From contig JBKPAK010000097.1 in NCBI GenBank assembly GCA_046726415.1, positions 1-59,089 on the forward strand: 59,089 bases of DNA. The letters run 5' to 3'. The notes beneath the pieces were generated by a model that saw nothing but the letters and a program-made list of their open reading frames with translations, was not told the DNA's origin and searched no databases. The translations under genes were made by a program, and so were the position numbers. Positions 1 to 10,045 of this stretch are shown here, piece by piece. This DNA is from Candidatus Methylomirabilota bacterium (GTDB lineage: Bacteria; Methylomirabilota; Methylomirabilia; Rokubacteriales; CSP1-6). Position 1 is the stretch's first letter; each line of letters starts with the position of its first letter.

Positions 1-1
1 C

Positions 2-2068
2 ATGAATACCGGGCTGATGACGGCAACGGGTGACCTCGTGTACATCGATACATTCATCTGCGCCCAGGCCACCTCGCTCTCCCCCTTCGTTCGCCACCTC
101 ATGGCCCAGTACGCGGACAACCCCGGCATTGGCGCGGACGACGTCTTCCTGACCAACGACCCGTACGTTGCCACCGCGCACCAGACGTGCGTGATGGTCG
201 GCGGTCCCGTCCACTGGGAGGAACAGCTCGTCGGGTGGACGGGGGCCTCCCTGCATGTCATCGACGTGGGCGGCCCCGTCGCCGGCCAGGCGCAGATCAC
301 CGCCGACGACATCTTCGGCGAGCAGCCGCTCACCGCGCCGGTCAAGCTCGTCGAGGGCGGCCGCTTCCGCCGCGACGTGGAAGCGTCCTATCTCCGGCAC
401 TCGCGCCTCCCCGATCTGCTCGCGCTCGACCTCCGCGCCAAGGTGGCGGCCAGCCAGGTGGTCAAGCGCCGACTGCTCGAGGCATTCCGAGAATTTGGCT
501 TCGAGACGGTGCAGGCGGCCATGGCCGACATCATCGACTACACGGAGCACCGGCTGCGCGCTCGCCTGCGCGAGCTCCCCGATGGCACGTGGCGCCACCG
601 CGGCTACATCGAGCTGGGCGAGCGGATCTATCAATGCGCCGTGACCATGACCAAGGTGGACGATCAGCTCAGCTTCGATTTCAGCGAGACCGACGATCAG
701 GCACCGGCCATCATCAATTGCACCTCGCACGGGTTGATCGGCGCCGTGCTGGGCGCCACCATGGTCTATCTGTGCTGGGACATCCCGTGGTCACCGGCCG
801 GCCTCCTCCGCGTGCTCGACGTCCGCTCGCGACCGGGCACGGTCGTCCATGCGAGGTGGCCGGCCGGCGTCTCGAAATCGACGACCACGGCCATCTGGGA
901 AGCGCGCAATCTGGCCAGCATCACCATCGGCAAGATGCTGGGCGCCAGCCCCCGCCTGCGCGACCGCGCCATGGCGGGCTGGCAAGGCGTCAAGGCCCTC
1001 GAGGAGCTGTTCGGGACCGACGAGGGGGGTGAGCGCTTCGGCGGTCCCCTGCTCGATGGCATGGCGGGCGGGGGCGGAGCGCTCTGCTGGAAGGACGGCA
1101 TCGACACTGGAGGCCACACCAGTTCGGTGCGCGCGACCATTGCCAACGTCGAGAGCTACGAGTACCGCTACCCGATCCTCTACCTCTATCGCCGCCAGAC
1201 GCGCGATTCCGCCGGGCCCGGCATGTTCCGCGGCGGCGCCGGCGTGAGCATGATGTACGTCGTCCACGGCGTCGAGCAGATCCCCACCAAGATCCTCCAC
1301 ACCTTCGGCATCGAGCAGCCCGAGTCGCCCGGGATGTTCGGCGGCCATCCCTCCTGCACCAACCAGTTCGCGATTCTCCGCGAGAGCGACGTCGAGGCCC
1401 GACTCGCGCGCGCCGAGGTGCCATCCGAGCTGGAGGAGATCACCGGCCGCCTCGAGGTGTACCCCGCGTACGCGCAGACGGCGATGCGGCGCGGCGACGT
1501 CTACCGCGCGGTGTCCCAGGGCGGCGGCGGCTACGGCGATCCGATCGACCGCGATCCCGCGCGCGTGGCCCACGACGTGAGAGACGGCCTCGTCTCGGTG
1601 GCGTGGGCGCGCCGGGCCTACGGCGTGGTCGGCGACGCCACGGGGGCGGTCGACGCGGCAGCCACGGCCGACCTGCGGCGGCAACTCCGCGAGGAGCGCC
1701 GCCGGATGTCTGGCACCCGACCGGTGGCGACGCCCGTCCCCTGGCAGCCGACCCGGGACGGCATCCGGCTGTCGGAGGCCCTGTTCTACGACTTGAACGG
1801 GGGTGAGCCGCAGCTGCGCTGCCGCTGCGGTCACGTGCTGGGCTCGGCCGACGTCGCGCCGAAGCGGCTGATGGCGATGGCGCGCTATCCGGTCCAGGTC
1901 ATCGGTCCCGAGGTCAACCCGCACCGCATCAACGGTGAGCGCTTCGAGCTGCGGGAATTCTACTGCCCGGCGTGCTGGATCCGCCTCGAAGTGGAGATCG
2001 CGCGCCGAGGCGATCCCCTGCTCGACGACGCCAGCCTTGCCCCGGCCTGGCTGCGGCGTCAGTCGTGA
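2..2068 (+). CDS. Hydantoinase B/oxoprolinase family protein with C-terminal acetone-carboxylase-gamma-like Zn domain (5' end outside window)
   Basis: FLTNDPY, H-x-x-DVGG, GGGG and SQGGGGYGDP motifs; C-terminal CRCGH...FYCPAC. Confidence 0.88.
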   Translation: MNTGLMTATGDLVYIDTFICAQATSLSPFVRHLMAQYADNPGIGADDVFLTNDPYVATAHQTCVMVGGPVHWEEQLVGWTGASLHVIDVGGPVAGQAQITADDIFGEQPLTAPVKLVEGGRFRRDVEASYLRHSRLPDLLALDLRAKVAASQVVKRRLLEAFREFGFETVQAAMADIIDYTEHRLRARLRELPDGTWRHRGYIELGERIYQCAVTMTKVDDQLSFDFSETDDQAPAIINCTSHGLIGAVLGATMVYLCWDIPWSPAGLLRVLDVRSRPGTVVHARWPAGVSKSTTTAIWEARNLASITIGKMLGASPRLRDRAMAGWQGVKALEELFGTDEGGERFGGPLLDGMAGGGGALCWKDGIDTGGHTSSVRATIANVESYEYRYPILYLYRRQTRDSAGPGMFRGGAGVSMMYVVHGVEQIPTKILHTFGIEQPESPGMFGGHPSCTNQFAILRESDVEARLARAEVPSELEEITGRLEVYPAYAQTAMRRGDVYRAVSQGGGGYGDPIDRDPARVAHDVRDGLVSVAWARRAYGVVGDATGAVDAAATADLRRQLREERRRMSGTRPVATPVPWQPTRDGIRLSEALFYDLNGGEPQLRCRCGHVLGSADVAPKRLMAMARYPVQVIGPEVNPHRINGERFELREFYCPACWIRLEVEIARRGDPLLDDASLAPAWLRRQS

Positions 2069-4182
2069 GCTACGTCGTCGCGGTCGACAGCGGTGGGACA
2101 TTCTGCGACTGTGTCGTCCTCGACGAGCGCGGTGGACTGATCCGCGCCAAGGCGCCCTCGACACCGCCGAACTTCGACCAGGGCGTGCTCGACTCCGTGG
2201 TGCAGGCCGCCGGCCGGCTCGGCAAGTCTTTGGGTGGGCTACTCGCCGAGACGGCGCTCTTCGCGCACGGCACGACGGTGGCCACCAACGCGCTGCTGAT
2301 CCGCACCGGAGCTCGCGTCGCCCTGCTCACCACCAAAGGGCACGAGGACGCGATCCTCATCGGCCGCACCGCCCAGAAGGTCGCGGGGCTCGCGGAGAGC
2401 GAGATCATCAGCGTGGCGCGGCTCACCAAGGCGGACCCGCTCGTCCCGCGCTCGCGGATCTACGGCATCGACGAGCGCGTGGACAGCCGGGGGCGTGTGG
2501 TCGCCCCACTCGACCTTCAGCGCTGCGCGCCGCTTCTCGCGCGCCTGCGCGCGGAGGGGGTGGAAGCGGTGGCCGTGAGCTTCCTGTGGTCGTTCCTGCA
2601 TCCCGCCCACGAGCGGAGGGTGCGCGATTGGCTGCGCGAGCAGATGGGCGACGGCTTCGTCACGATCTCGAGTGAGCTGGCGCCCGTCATCCGCGAGTAC
2701 GAGCGGACGTCGACCACGGTGCTGAACGCCTACCTCACGCCGGTCGTCGGCCGATACCTGGGCCGCATGCAAGCGCGCCTCGAGCGCGAAGGCTTCCGCG
2801 GGGCCCTCGTGGTCATGCACTCGGCGGGCGGCGTGTCGTCGGTGGCCGAAGCCGGCACGCGCGGCGTCTCGCTCCTGGTCTCGGGGCCCGCCGGGGGCGT
2901 GCTCGGCGCGCAGACGCTCGGACAGCGGCTCGGCTTCGATCGGATCATCACCACCGATGTCGGCGGCACCAGCTTCGACGTCGGCGTGATCGTCGACGGC
3001 GAGCCCGGTTACTCCGAGGCCCCCGTGGTGGACAAATACCCACTCGCGCTGCCCGTGGTCGACGTGTCGTCCATCGGCGCGGGGGGCGGGAGCATCGCCT
3101 GGGTGGAGCCGGAGACGGGCGTGCTGCGCGTGGGCCCGCAAAGCGCCGGCGCCCGCCCGGGGCCGGCCTGCTACGAAACCGGCGGCAACGAGCCGACCGT
3201 GACCGACGCCAACCTGATTCTGGGCCGCCTGAACCCCGAGTACTTCCTCGGCGGGCGAATGCGGCTCCACGTCGACCGAGGGCGGGAGGCGATTCGCGCC
3301 CGCGTCGCCGATCCACTGGGGCTCTCTCCAGAGCAGGCGGCGGCGGCGATCGTCGAAATCGTGGATGCGCACATGGCGGACCTGATCCGCAAGGTCACCG
3401 TGGAGCGCGGCCAGGATCCGAGCCGATTCGCGGTCTTCGCCTACGGCGGCGCCGGCGGGCTCCATGCCGGCGCCTATGCGGCGTCGCTCGGCTGCCGCGA
3501 GGTGGTGATTCCCGCCACCGCCGCGGTGTTCTCCGCGTTCGGCGCCGCCGCGAGTGACGTCAAGCGCGTCGCCCAGCTCTCGGATCCCATGCGGGCGCCG
3601 TTCGACGTGGCGCGGTGGCGCGCGCACTTCGAGGAGCTGGAGGCGTCCCTGCGGCGGTGCCTGCGCGAGGAGCGCCTTCCCGTGACGGATCTCGCGCTGT
3701 CCCGGTTCGCCCATCTTCAGTTCCGCGGCCAGGTGCACACGGTGCGGGTCCCGGTGGCGGTGCCCGACCTCGCCGAATGGGAGAGCGGCCACATCGTCAG
3801 TCGCTTCGTCGAGCTGTACGAAGCTCGTTTCGGCCACGGCACCGCGTACGTCAAGGCCGGCGTCGAGGCGGTCGCGTTCAGCGTCGAGGCAGTGGCGCGA
3901 CTCCCCAAACCGGCGCTCGAAGCGCGGACGTCCGCGGCCACGCCCGATGTCCGTGACGCCCTCAGCCATGAGCGCGCGGTGTACTTCCACGAATTGGGTC
4001 GCTTCGCCCGCGCCCCGGTCTTCGCCAGCGATCGCCTGCGCCCCGGGCACCGTCTGGCCGGCCCCGCGCTCGTCGAGGCCGAGGACATGACCGTCCTCCT
4101 TCATCCCGGGCACGGACTCACCGTCGACGCCCTTGGCAATATCCGGATGCACCTCGGCCACCACGCCAACTCGGCAGGGTAG
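2065..4182 (+). CDS. Hydantoinase A/oxoprolinase family protein
   Basis: VDSGGTFCD, HGTTVATN, SGPAGG, DVGGTSFD, IGAGGGS, GPQSAGARPGPACY; GTGA overlap with upstream stop. Confidence 0.92.
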   Translation: MSYVVAVDSGGTFCDCVVLDERGGLIRAKAPSTPPNFDQGVLDSVVQAAGRLGKSLGGLLAETALFAHGTTVATNALLIRTGARVALLTTKGHEDAILIGRTAQKVAGLAESEIISVARLTKADPLVPRSRIYGIDERVDSRGRVVAPLDLQRCAPLLARLRAEGVEAVAVSFLWSFLHPAHERRVRDWLREQMGDGFVTISSELAPVIREYERTSTTVLNAYLTPVVGRYLGRMQARLEREGFRGALVVMHSAGGVSSVAEAGTRGVSLLVSGPAGGVLGAQTLGQRLGFDRIITTDVGGTSFDVGVIVDGEPGYSEAPVVDKYPLALPVVDVSSIGAGGGSIAWVEPETGVLRVGPQSAGARPGPACYETGGNEPTVTDANLILGRLNPEYFLGGRMRLHVDRGREAIRARVADPLGLSPEQAAAAIVEIVDAHMADLIRKVTVERGQDPSRFAVFAYGGAGGLHAGAYAASLGCREVVIPATAAVFSAFGAAASDVKRVAQLSDPMRAPFDVARWRAHFEELEASLRRCLREERLPVTDLALSRFAHLQFRGQVHTVRVPVAVPDLAEWESGHIVSRFVELYEARFGHGTAYVKAGVEAVAFSVEAVARLPKPALEARTSAATPDVRDALSHERAVYFHELGRFARAPVFASDRLRPGHRLAGPALVEAEDMTVLLHPGHGLTVDALGNIRMHLGHHANSAG

Positions 4183-4238
4183 CGCATCCTCGTTCGAAAG
4201 GAGGACATCGCGCTGATTCGAAGGACCGTCGCCTTGAC

Positions 4239-4568
4239 CGCATCCCCGGCACGATCGTCGTTGTCTTCCTGGTGAGCGGCGCCCTGAGCGGGCTGGCCGG
4301 CGCCGTCCACGTGCTCGGGGTGACCCATCGGCTCCTGGTTGGCCTCTCGCATGACTACGGCTACACCGCCATCCTGGTCGCCCTCCTGGCCCGCAACCTG
4401 CCGCTGCTCGCGGTGCCCGCCGCGTTCCTGTTCTCGGCGCTCGTCGTGGGGGCGGAGAGCGTGCAGGTGGATCTCAAGATCCCGAGCGACTTCATGCTCG
4501 TCTTCATGGGCGTGGTGGTACTGCTGGTGCTGGCCGTCGACGCGTTCAGAGGGCGGCACGAGCCGTGA
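4239..4568 (+). pseudogene. C-terminal fragment of nucleoside/sugar ABC permease
   Basis: SGALSGLAG...YGYTAILVALL motif; N-terminal two-thirds absent. Confidence 0.75.
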
Positions 4569-5496
4569 TCCTCGATGCCCTCCTGCCGCTGGTCGCCGGA
4601 GCCCTCGTCTTCGCCACCAACTTCGCCCTCGTCGTCGGTCTCACCGCGGTGGGGGCATCCGTCACCGAACGGGCCGGCGTTCTGAACCTCGGACACGAGG
4701 GGTCATGCTGCTGGGCGCGGCCGCCGGATTCATCGCCGCGTATTCGCTGAGGAACCCCTGGGCGGGGCTGGCGGCCGGCGTTGTGGCCGGGCTCTTTCTC
4801 GGGCTCGTGAAGGCGGTGTGGAGCGTGGTCATCAAGACCGAGCAGGTCATCAACGGGTTGCTCCTGGTGCCCATCGGCTTCGGCCTTGGCAATCTGCTCG
4901 TCAAGCATCATTTCAGCGGCGCGCTCGAGCCGCCCAGGGTGCCGCCCGTGCCACCGCTCGGAATCCCGTTCCTGCAGGACCTCCCCGTGCTGGGCGCCGT
5001 GCTCTTCGATCGGTCACCGCTCGCCTATGCAGCCCTGGCCCTGGCCGCTCTGGTCGCCTGGTTCTTGGCGCGGACGCGTGCGGGCATGGCGATGCGCGCG
5101 GCGGGAGAGTCGCCGGAGACGCTCGACTTCAATGGTCTGAGCGTCGCGCGGTACCGGTTCGCCGCCGTCCTCATCGGCACTGGCCTCACCGGCTTTGCCG
5201 GCGCCCTGCTCGCCGTTGATCAACTTCGCCTCTTCCACCCGGCGATGACGGCCGGACGCGGCTGGATCGCCATCGCGATCGTCATCGTAGGTGGCTGGCG
5301 TCCCTGGGCGTGCATGCTGACCGCCCTCCTGTTCGGGATCACCGACATGGTCCAATTCCAGTTCCAGATCCAGGCCGCGCCCGTCCCCTACGAACTGCTG
5401 CTGAGCCTTCCGTATCTCACGACGATCGCGGTCCTGGCCTGGCGCCGCGCCGCCGTGCGGCCGCCGGCAACGCTCGGCGTGCCCTACGAGCGATGA
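4565..5496 (+). CDS. Nucleoside/sugar ABC permease, frameshifted near 4700
   Basis: ERAGVLNLGHEG continues as VMLLG in another frame at a G run; GRGWIAIAIV and LPY motifs. Confidence 0.82.
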
Positions 5497-6551
5497 TGAC
5501 CGAGCAGGAAGGACTGCGCCGGATGCTGGCCGGACCGTGGTGGCTCGGTGCGGTCATCGCGCTGGTGTGTCTGACCGCCTCGCTGCTCATCCTAGGCCTC
5601 CTCGCCCTGGTCGTCGGCGGACATCCCCTACAGGTGCTGGCAGCGCTCGCCGAAGGCTCGCTGGGAGGCTCCCAGGCGATCGGCTCGACGCTCAAGGAGA
5701 CCGTTCCGATCGCGCTGTGCGGCCTGGCGTTCCTCATCCCATTTCGGGCGGGCTTTTTCAACATCGGCGGGCAGGGGCAGCTCGAGGTCGGAGCGCTCGC
5801 CGCCACGGCCTTGGCCACGTGGTTGACGGGGCCGCCCGCCGTCGTCATGTCACTGGCCCTGGCCGCCGGCGGCGCCTCCGGAGCTGCCGCAGTGCTGCCG
5901 GCCGTCGCCTTGAAACTCGGGCGCGGCGCCAGCGAGGTGACCACGACGATCATGATCAACTTCGCGGTGATCGAGCTGGTTCTGGCCATGGTCACCGGGC
6001 CCATGAAGGACCCGGCGGCGTTCTTCGGGACGACCCTCCCCATCGCCGAGGCCTTCCGCCTGCCGGCCCTGGCGGCGTGGGGTGGCACACATCTCGGAGT
6101 GCCCCTCACCCTCGTGGCGTCTTTCGCGTTCTGGTGGATGCTTCGGCGAACGGTGTTCGGATTTCACCTCGCCGCGCTCGGCGGCAATCGAGCGGCAGCC
6201 CGCGCCGCGGGCATCAGCGTTGATCGGGTTCTGGCCGTGGCCGTCCTGGCAAGCGCCGCCCTGGCCGGCTTGGCCGGGGGCATTCAGGCGATCGGTGTGG
6301 TCTATCGCGTCGCGGAGGGCTGGTCGAAGCCCTGGGGCTTAGTCGGGATCCTGGGGGCGCTGCTCGGGGGAAGTCCCCTCGGCGTTCTGGGCGCATCGTT
6401 TCTGCTCGCCGCGCTTGAGACGGGCGGACGCCACATGCAGGCGATGACCGGCGTGCCCTCGGCCCTCGTGTACGTGCTCCAGGGACTGCCCGTCCTCCTC
6501 TTTCTCGCGCTGAAGGCCACGCCGCTCGCGCGACGTCTCGCCCGGCCATGA
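5493..6551 (+). CDS. Nucleoside/sugar ABC permease
   Basis: FNIGGQGQ and EVTTTIMINF motifs; ATGA overlap. Confidence 0.88.
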   Translation: MMTEQEGLRRMLAGPWWLGAVIALVCLTASLLILGLLALVVGGHPLQVLAALAEGSLGGSQAIGSTLKETVPIALCGLAFLIPFRAGFFNIGGQGQLEVGALAATALATWLTGPPAVVMSLALAAGGASGAAAVLPAVALKLGRGASEVTTTIMINFAVIELVLAMVTGPMKDPAAFFGTTLPIAEAFRLPALAAWGGTHLGVPLTLVASFAFWWMLRRTVFGFHLAALGGNRAAARAAGISVDRVLAVAVLASAALAGLAGGIQAIGVVYRVAEGWSKPWGLVGILGALLGGSPLGVLGASFLLAALETGGRHMQAMTGVPSALVYVLQGLPVLLFLALKATPLARRLARP

Positions 6552-7456
6552 TCGACGTCGCCGGCCTCGTGGAGTTCGTCATGACGGCGCTGCGCACGGC
6601 CACGCCGCTGGTGTTCGCGGCCCTCGCCGTCCTCGTCGCCGAGCGGGCGGGCGTCCTTCACATCGGCGTGGAAGGCGTGATGCTACTCGGCGCGTTCGCG
6701 GGCGTGCTGGCCGCAGTGCTCGCCCGCGCGGCGTGGCCCGGTGTGCTGGCGGGCATCCTCATCGGACTCGCGGCCGGAGCGATTCTCGCCGTGGCGACGG
6801 TGACCTTGCCCACGGACCAGGTCGTCATGGGGCTCGCCTTCAACATCGCCTGCGTCGGGGTGACCAGCTTCGCGTTTCGTCTGACTTCGGCCGCGACGCA
6901 AAAGATGACCCCGCCCCTGACCGTCCCGCTTCCCGACGGGCTCGCCGCGGTGCCGGGCGCGCGGCTCGCGCTGGCCGTACCGCCACTGGCATGGCTGGCC
7001 GCCGTCCTGGCCTTGGTGACGTGGTATGTGCTCTTTCACACGGGGGCCGGCTTGCTGCTCCGCGCCACCGGGCATAGCAGCCACGCGGCGAGCGCCGCCG
7101 GCGTCGATGTCCGCGCGACGCGGATCATCGCCCTGGTCGTGGCGGGCGCTCTGAGCGGTCTGGCCGGAGCCGCTCTCACGGTGGGATGGGTCCGGAGCTT
7201 CACGGACAACATCACCTTGGGGCGCGGGTTCATCGCGCTGGCCGCGGTGTACTGCGGGCGATGGAATCCCGGCTGGACAGTGGCCGCCTGCCTCTTGTTC
7301 GGCGCTGGAGAGGCCCTGGCCTTCCGCGCCCAAGGTGTGGGAGGCAACCCACACTACTACCTCGTGATTCCCTACGCGCTCACGCTCGCCGTGGTGGCGC
7401 TGAGCGGGCGCGCCCGCGCGCCGCAAGAGGCGGGCAAGCCGTACCTGGTGCCGTGA
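6548..7456 (+). CDS. Nucleoside/sugar ABC permease
   Basis: ERAGVLHIGVEG, GRGFIALAAV, PY motifs. Confidence 0.9.
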   Translation: MIDVAGLVEFVMTALRTATPLVFAALAVLVAERAGVLHIGVEGVMLLGAFAGVLAAVLARAAWPGVLAGILIGLAAGAILAVATVTLPTDQVVMGLAFNIACVGVTSFAFRLTSAATQKMTPPLTVPLPDGLAAVPGARLALAVPPLAWLAAVLALVTWYVLFHTGAGLLLRATGHSSHAASAAGVDVRATRIIALVVAGALSGLAGAALTVGWVRSFTDNITLGRGFIALAAVYCGRWNPGWTVAACLLFGAGEALAFRAQGVGGNPHYYLVIPYALTLAVVALSGRARAPQEAGKPYLVP

Positions 7457-7491
7457 GATTTGCGAATCATATTCACGGAGGAGGATCCGTC

Positions 7492-8490
7492 ATGAGCCCA
7501 CGATGCCTCGCGAGCCTGGTCAGCGCGCTTCTCAGCGTCGTCTGGTCGCTCATCAGCGGCGGCACGCCCGCCGTCGCCCAGCAGCCCCTGCGCGCCGCCG
7601 CCATCTTTTCGGTGGCCAACCCCGGCGCCCAGAACGGATGGGACCGCGGCCAGTTCCAGGGCGAGCAGGACCTCATGACCAAGCACGGCTGGAAGCTGAC
7701 GGTGGCCGAGGACGTGCCCTTCCCGCGCCTGGCCGAGACGGCCGCCAACTACGGCCAGGCCGGGTACGACGTCGTGATCTTCACGAGCAGCGGCCACATC
7801 GCGGCCTGGAACGAAGTCGCGGCCAAATATCCGAAGACCTGGTTCGCTCTGATGTCGCTGGTCGACAAGCTGCCCGACGCCCCGAACGTCGCGGCCTACA
7901 GCCCGGATCTGTTCATGTACGGTGCCCTCTCGGGCGCCACCGCCGCCGCGGCCAGCCGCAGCAAGAAGATCGCCGGGGTCGGTGGCGTACCGGTCCACGG
8001 CAACATCGTGCTGTACAGCGGCGTCATCGAAGGGGTGAAGGCCACCCGGCCCGACGTCGAGGTCTTCACCGCCTTCAGCGGCAGTTGGGTCGACGTGGCC
8101 CGCGCGCGCGAGGTGTCCGCGCTCCAGTTCCAGCGGGGCGCCGATGTGATCGTGGCCAACGCCGGCCCCGCCACCCGCGGCATCCTCGATGCCGGCGAGG
8201 CCGCGAAGGGATGGATCATCGGCTACGCTACCGACTGGTATGCGGACTCCCACGCGGCGGTGCTGACCAGCGTCCTCCTGAACATTCCCACCTGGTACGC
8301 GGCGCTGGCGCGGGATTTCGCCGGGCGCGCCCCTCAGCGGCGCATCGTCACCTTCGGCGCGGACACGTTCAGCCTCACGGACTTCCACGGCAAGCTCTCG
8401 CCGGGGCAGGAGCGCGAGATTCGCGACCTCTTCGCCCGCATGCAGCGCGGCGACATCAAGGTCCCGGTGCGCATGCACCCGCTCAAGTGA
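7492..8490 (+). CDS. BMP-family ABC substrate-binding protein
   Basis: GGAGG RBS, signal peptide, GSWVD...GADVI...IGY motifs. Confidence 0.85.
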   Translation: MSPRCLASLVSALLSVVWSLISGGTPAVAQQPLRAAAIFSVANPGAQNGWDRGQFQGEQDLMTKHGWKLTVAEDVPFPRLAETAANYGQAGYDVVIFTSSGHIAAWNEVAAKYPKTWFALMSLVDKLPDAPNVAAYSPDLFMYGALSGATAAAASRSKKIAGVGGVPVHGNIVLYSGVIEGVKATRPDVEVFTAFSGSWVDVARAREVSALQFQRGADVIVANAGPATRGILDAGEAAKGWIIGYATDWYADSHAAVLTSVLLNIPTWYAALARDFAGRAPQRRIVTFGADTFSLTDFHGKLSPGQEREIRDLFARMQRGDIKVPVRMHPLK

Positions 8491-10013
8491 CAGCGACGGC
8501 CGGCGACGGCGCGGTCGTCTGCTTGCGGGAGATCCGCAAGGCGTACGGCCCGGTGGTCGCCGTGCGCGACGTCTCGCTGGCCCTCGCCGCCGGCGAGATT
8601 CGCGCCCTGCTCGGCGAGAACGGCGCGGGGAAGATGACTTTGATGAACGTCCTGTTCGGCATCGCGCGACCTGACGCCGGCCGGATCCTCGTCGAGGGGC
8701 GCGATGTCACCGCCGGCTGGTCGCCCCGCCGGGCCATCGCGCACGGGATCGGCATGATCCACCAGCACTTCTCCCTGGTGGCCGAGCACACCGTGCTGGA
8801 AAACGTCGTCATGCCGATCCTCTCCTGGCGAGACCTCCGGCCGGTCTGGTCGCGCCACCGGGCTGCCGTGGACCGACTCTCGGCCGATCACGGCTTTGCG
8901 CTGCCCCTCGACGCGCCCGTGGAGACGCTGTCGGTCGGCCAGCGACAGCAAGTCGAGATTCTCAAGATGCTGGTGCAGGGCGCGCGGGTGCTGGTGCTCG
9001 ACGAGCCGACCGGCGTGCTGACCCCGCAGCAGAGCGACGCCTTGCTCGAGATGCTGCGCCGGCTCGTGGGCGGCGGCCACACGGTCGTGCTCATCACCCA
9101 CAAGCTGCGCGAGGCGCTGGCCGTGGCCGCGCGCATCACGGTCCTGCGCCGCGGCGCGCTGGTGGCCACGATCGAGCGCGCCGATGCCGCGCCCGAAAAC
9201 ATCGCGCGCCTCATGGTCGACCACGTCGAACCGCGTGGCCCCCGGGGCGGCCGGCCCGCCCATGGGGAGGCGGCGGTCGAGATCGCGGATGCCGTGGTCA
9301 ATGGTCCCCACGGTCGCGCCGTCGACGGTGTCACCCTCGCGATCCGCGCTGGCGAGATCCTCGGGGTCGCCGGCGTGGCCGGCAACGGGCAGAGCGAGAT
9401 CGCCGAAGCGTTGGTGGGATATCGCGCGCTAGCCAGCGGTCGCATCCGGGTGGGAAATGTCGATGTGACCACCCACAACGTACGCGATCGGCGCCGACGC
9501 GGCATCGCCTTCATCCCGGAGGATCGCCACCATCTGGGCCTGGTGCCCGATATGACCGTCGCCGGGAATCTCGTCCTCGACCGCGCCGACGACCCCGCAT
9601 TCTCCCGCCTGGGAATCCTGCGGATCAGCGCCATCCGGAGGTGGGCGGAGCGCCAGATGCGGGACTACGACATTCGCGCAGCGGGTCCCGCGGCTGCCGC
9701 GGCCACCTTGTCGGGAGGCAACCAGCAAAAGGTCGTGCTGGGCCGCGCCCTGGCCAGCGCTCCGCGCGTCGTCGTCGCCGCCGAGCCCACGCGTGGCCTC
9801 GACCTCGGGGCCGCGGTTTTCGTCCGCCAGCGTCTCGTCGACTGCGCCCGACGGGGCGTGGGGATCTTGCTCATCTCCAGCGACCTCGAAGAACTGCTCG
9901 AGTTGAGCCACCGGATCGCTGTGATATATCGCGGGCGGGTGGCGGGAACGCTGACGCCTGCGTCATACGACGCCCGACGAATCGGCCGCCTCATGGCCGG
10001 CCTCGCCGAATGA
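8487..10013 (+). CDS. Sugar/nucleoside ABC ATP-binding protein (two NBDs)
   Basis: GENGAGKMT, LSVGQRQ, LDEPT, LSGGNQQK, ISSDLEEL. Confidence 0.92.
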   Translation: MTATAGDGAVVCLREIRKAYGPVVAVRDVSLALAAGEIRALLGENGAGKMTLMNVLFGIARPDAGRILVEGRDVTAGWSPRRAIAHGIGMIHQHFSLVAEHTVLENVVMPILSWRDLRPVWSRHRAAVDRLSADHGFALPLDAPVETLSVGQRQQVEILKMLVQGARVLVLDEPTGVLTPQQSDALLEMLRRLVGGGHTVVLITHKLREALAVAARITVLRRGALVATIERADAAPENIARLMVDHVEPRGPRGGRPAHGEAAVEIADAVVNGPHGRAVDGVTLAIRAGEILGVAGVAGNGQSEIAEALVGYRALASGRIRVGNVDVTTHNVRDRRRRGIAFIPEDRHHLGLVPDMTVAGNLVLDRADDPAFSRLGILRISAIRRWAERQMRDYDIRAAGPAAAAATLSGGNQQKVVLGRALASAPRVVVAAEPTRGLDLGAAVFVRQRLVDCARRGVGILLISSDLEELLELSHRIAVIYRGRVAGTLTPASYDARRIGRLMAGLAE

Positions 10014-10045
10014 ACCCCCTCTGACGCTGAAACAGGAGAACGGAC

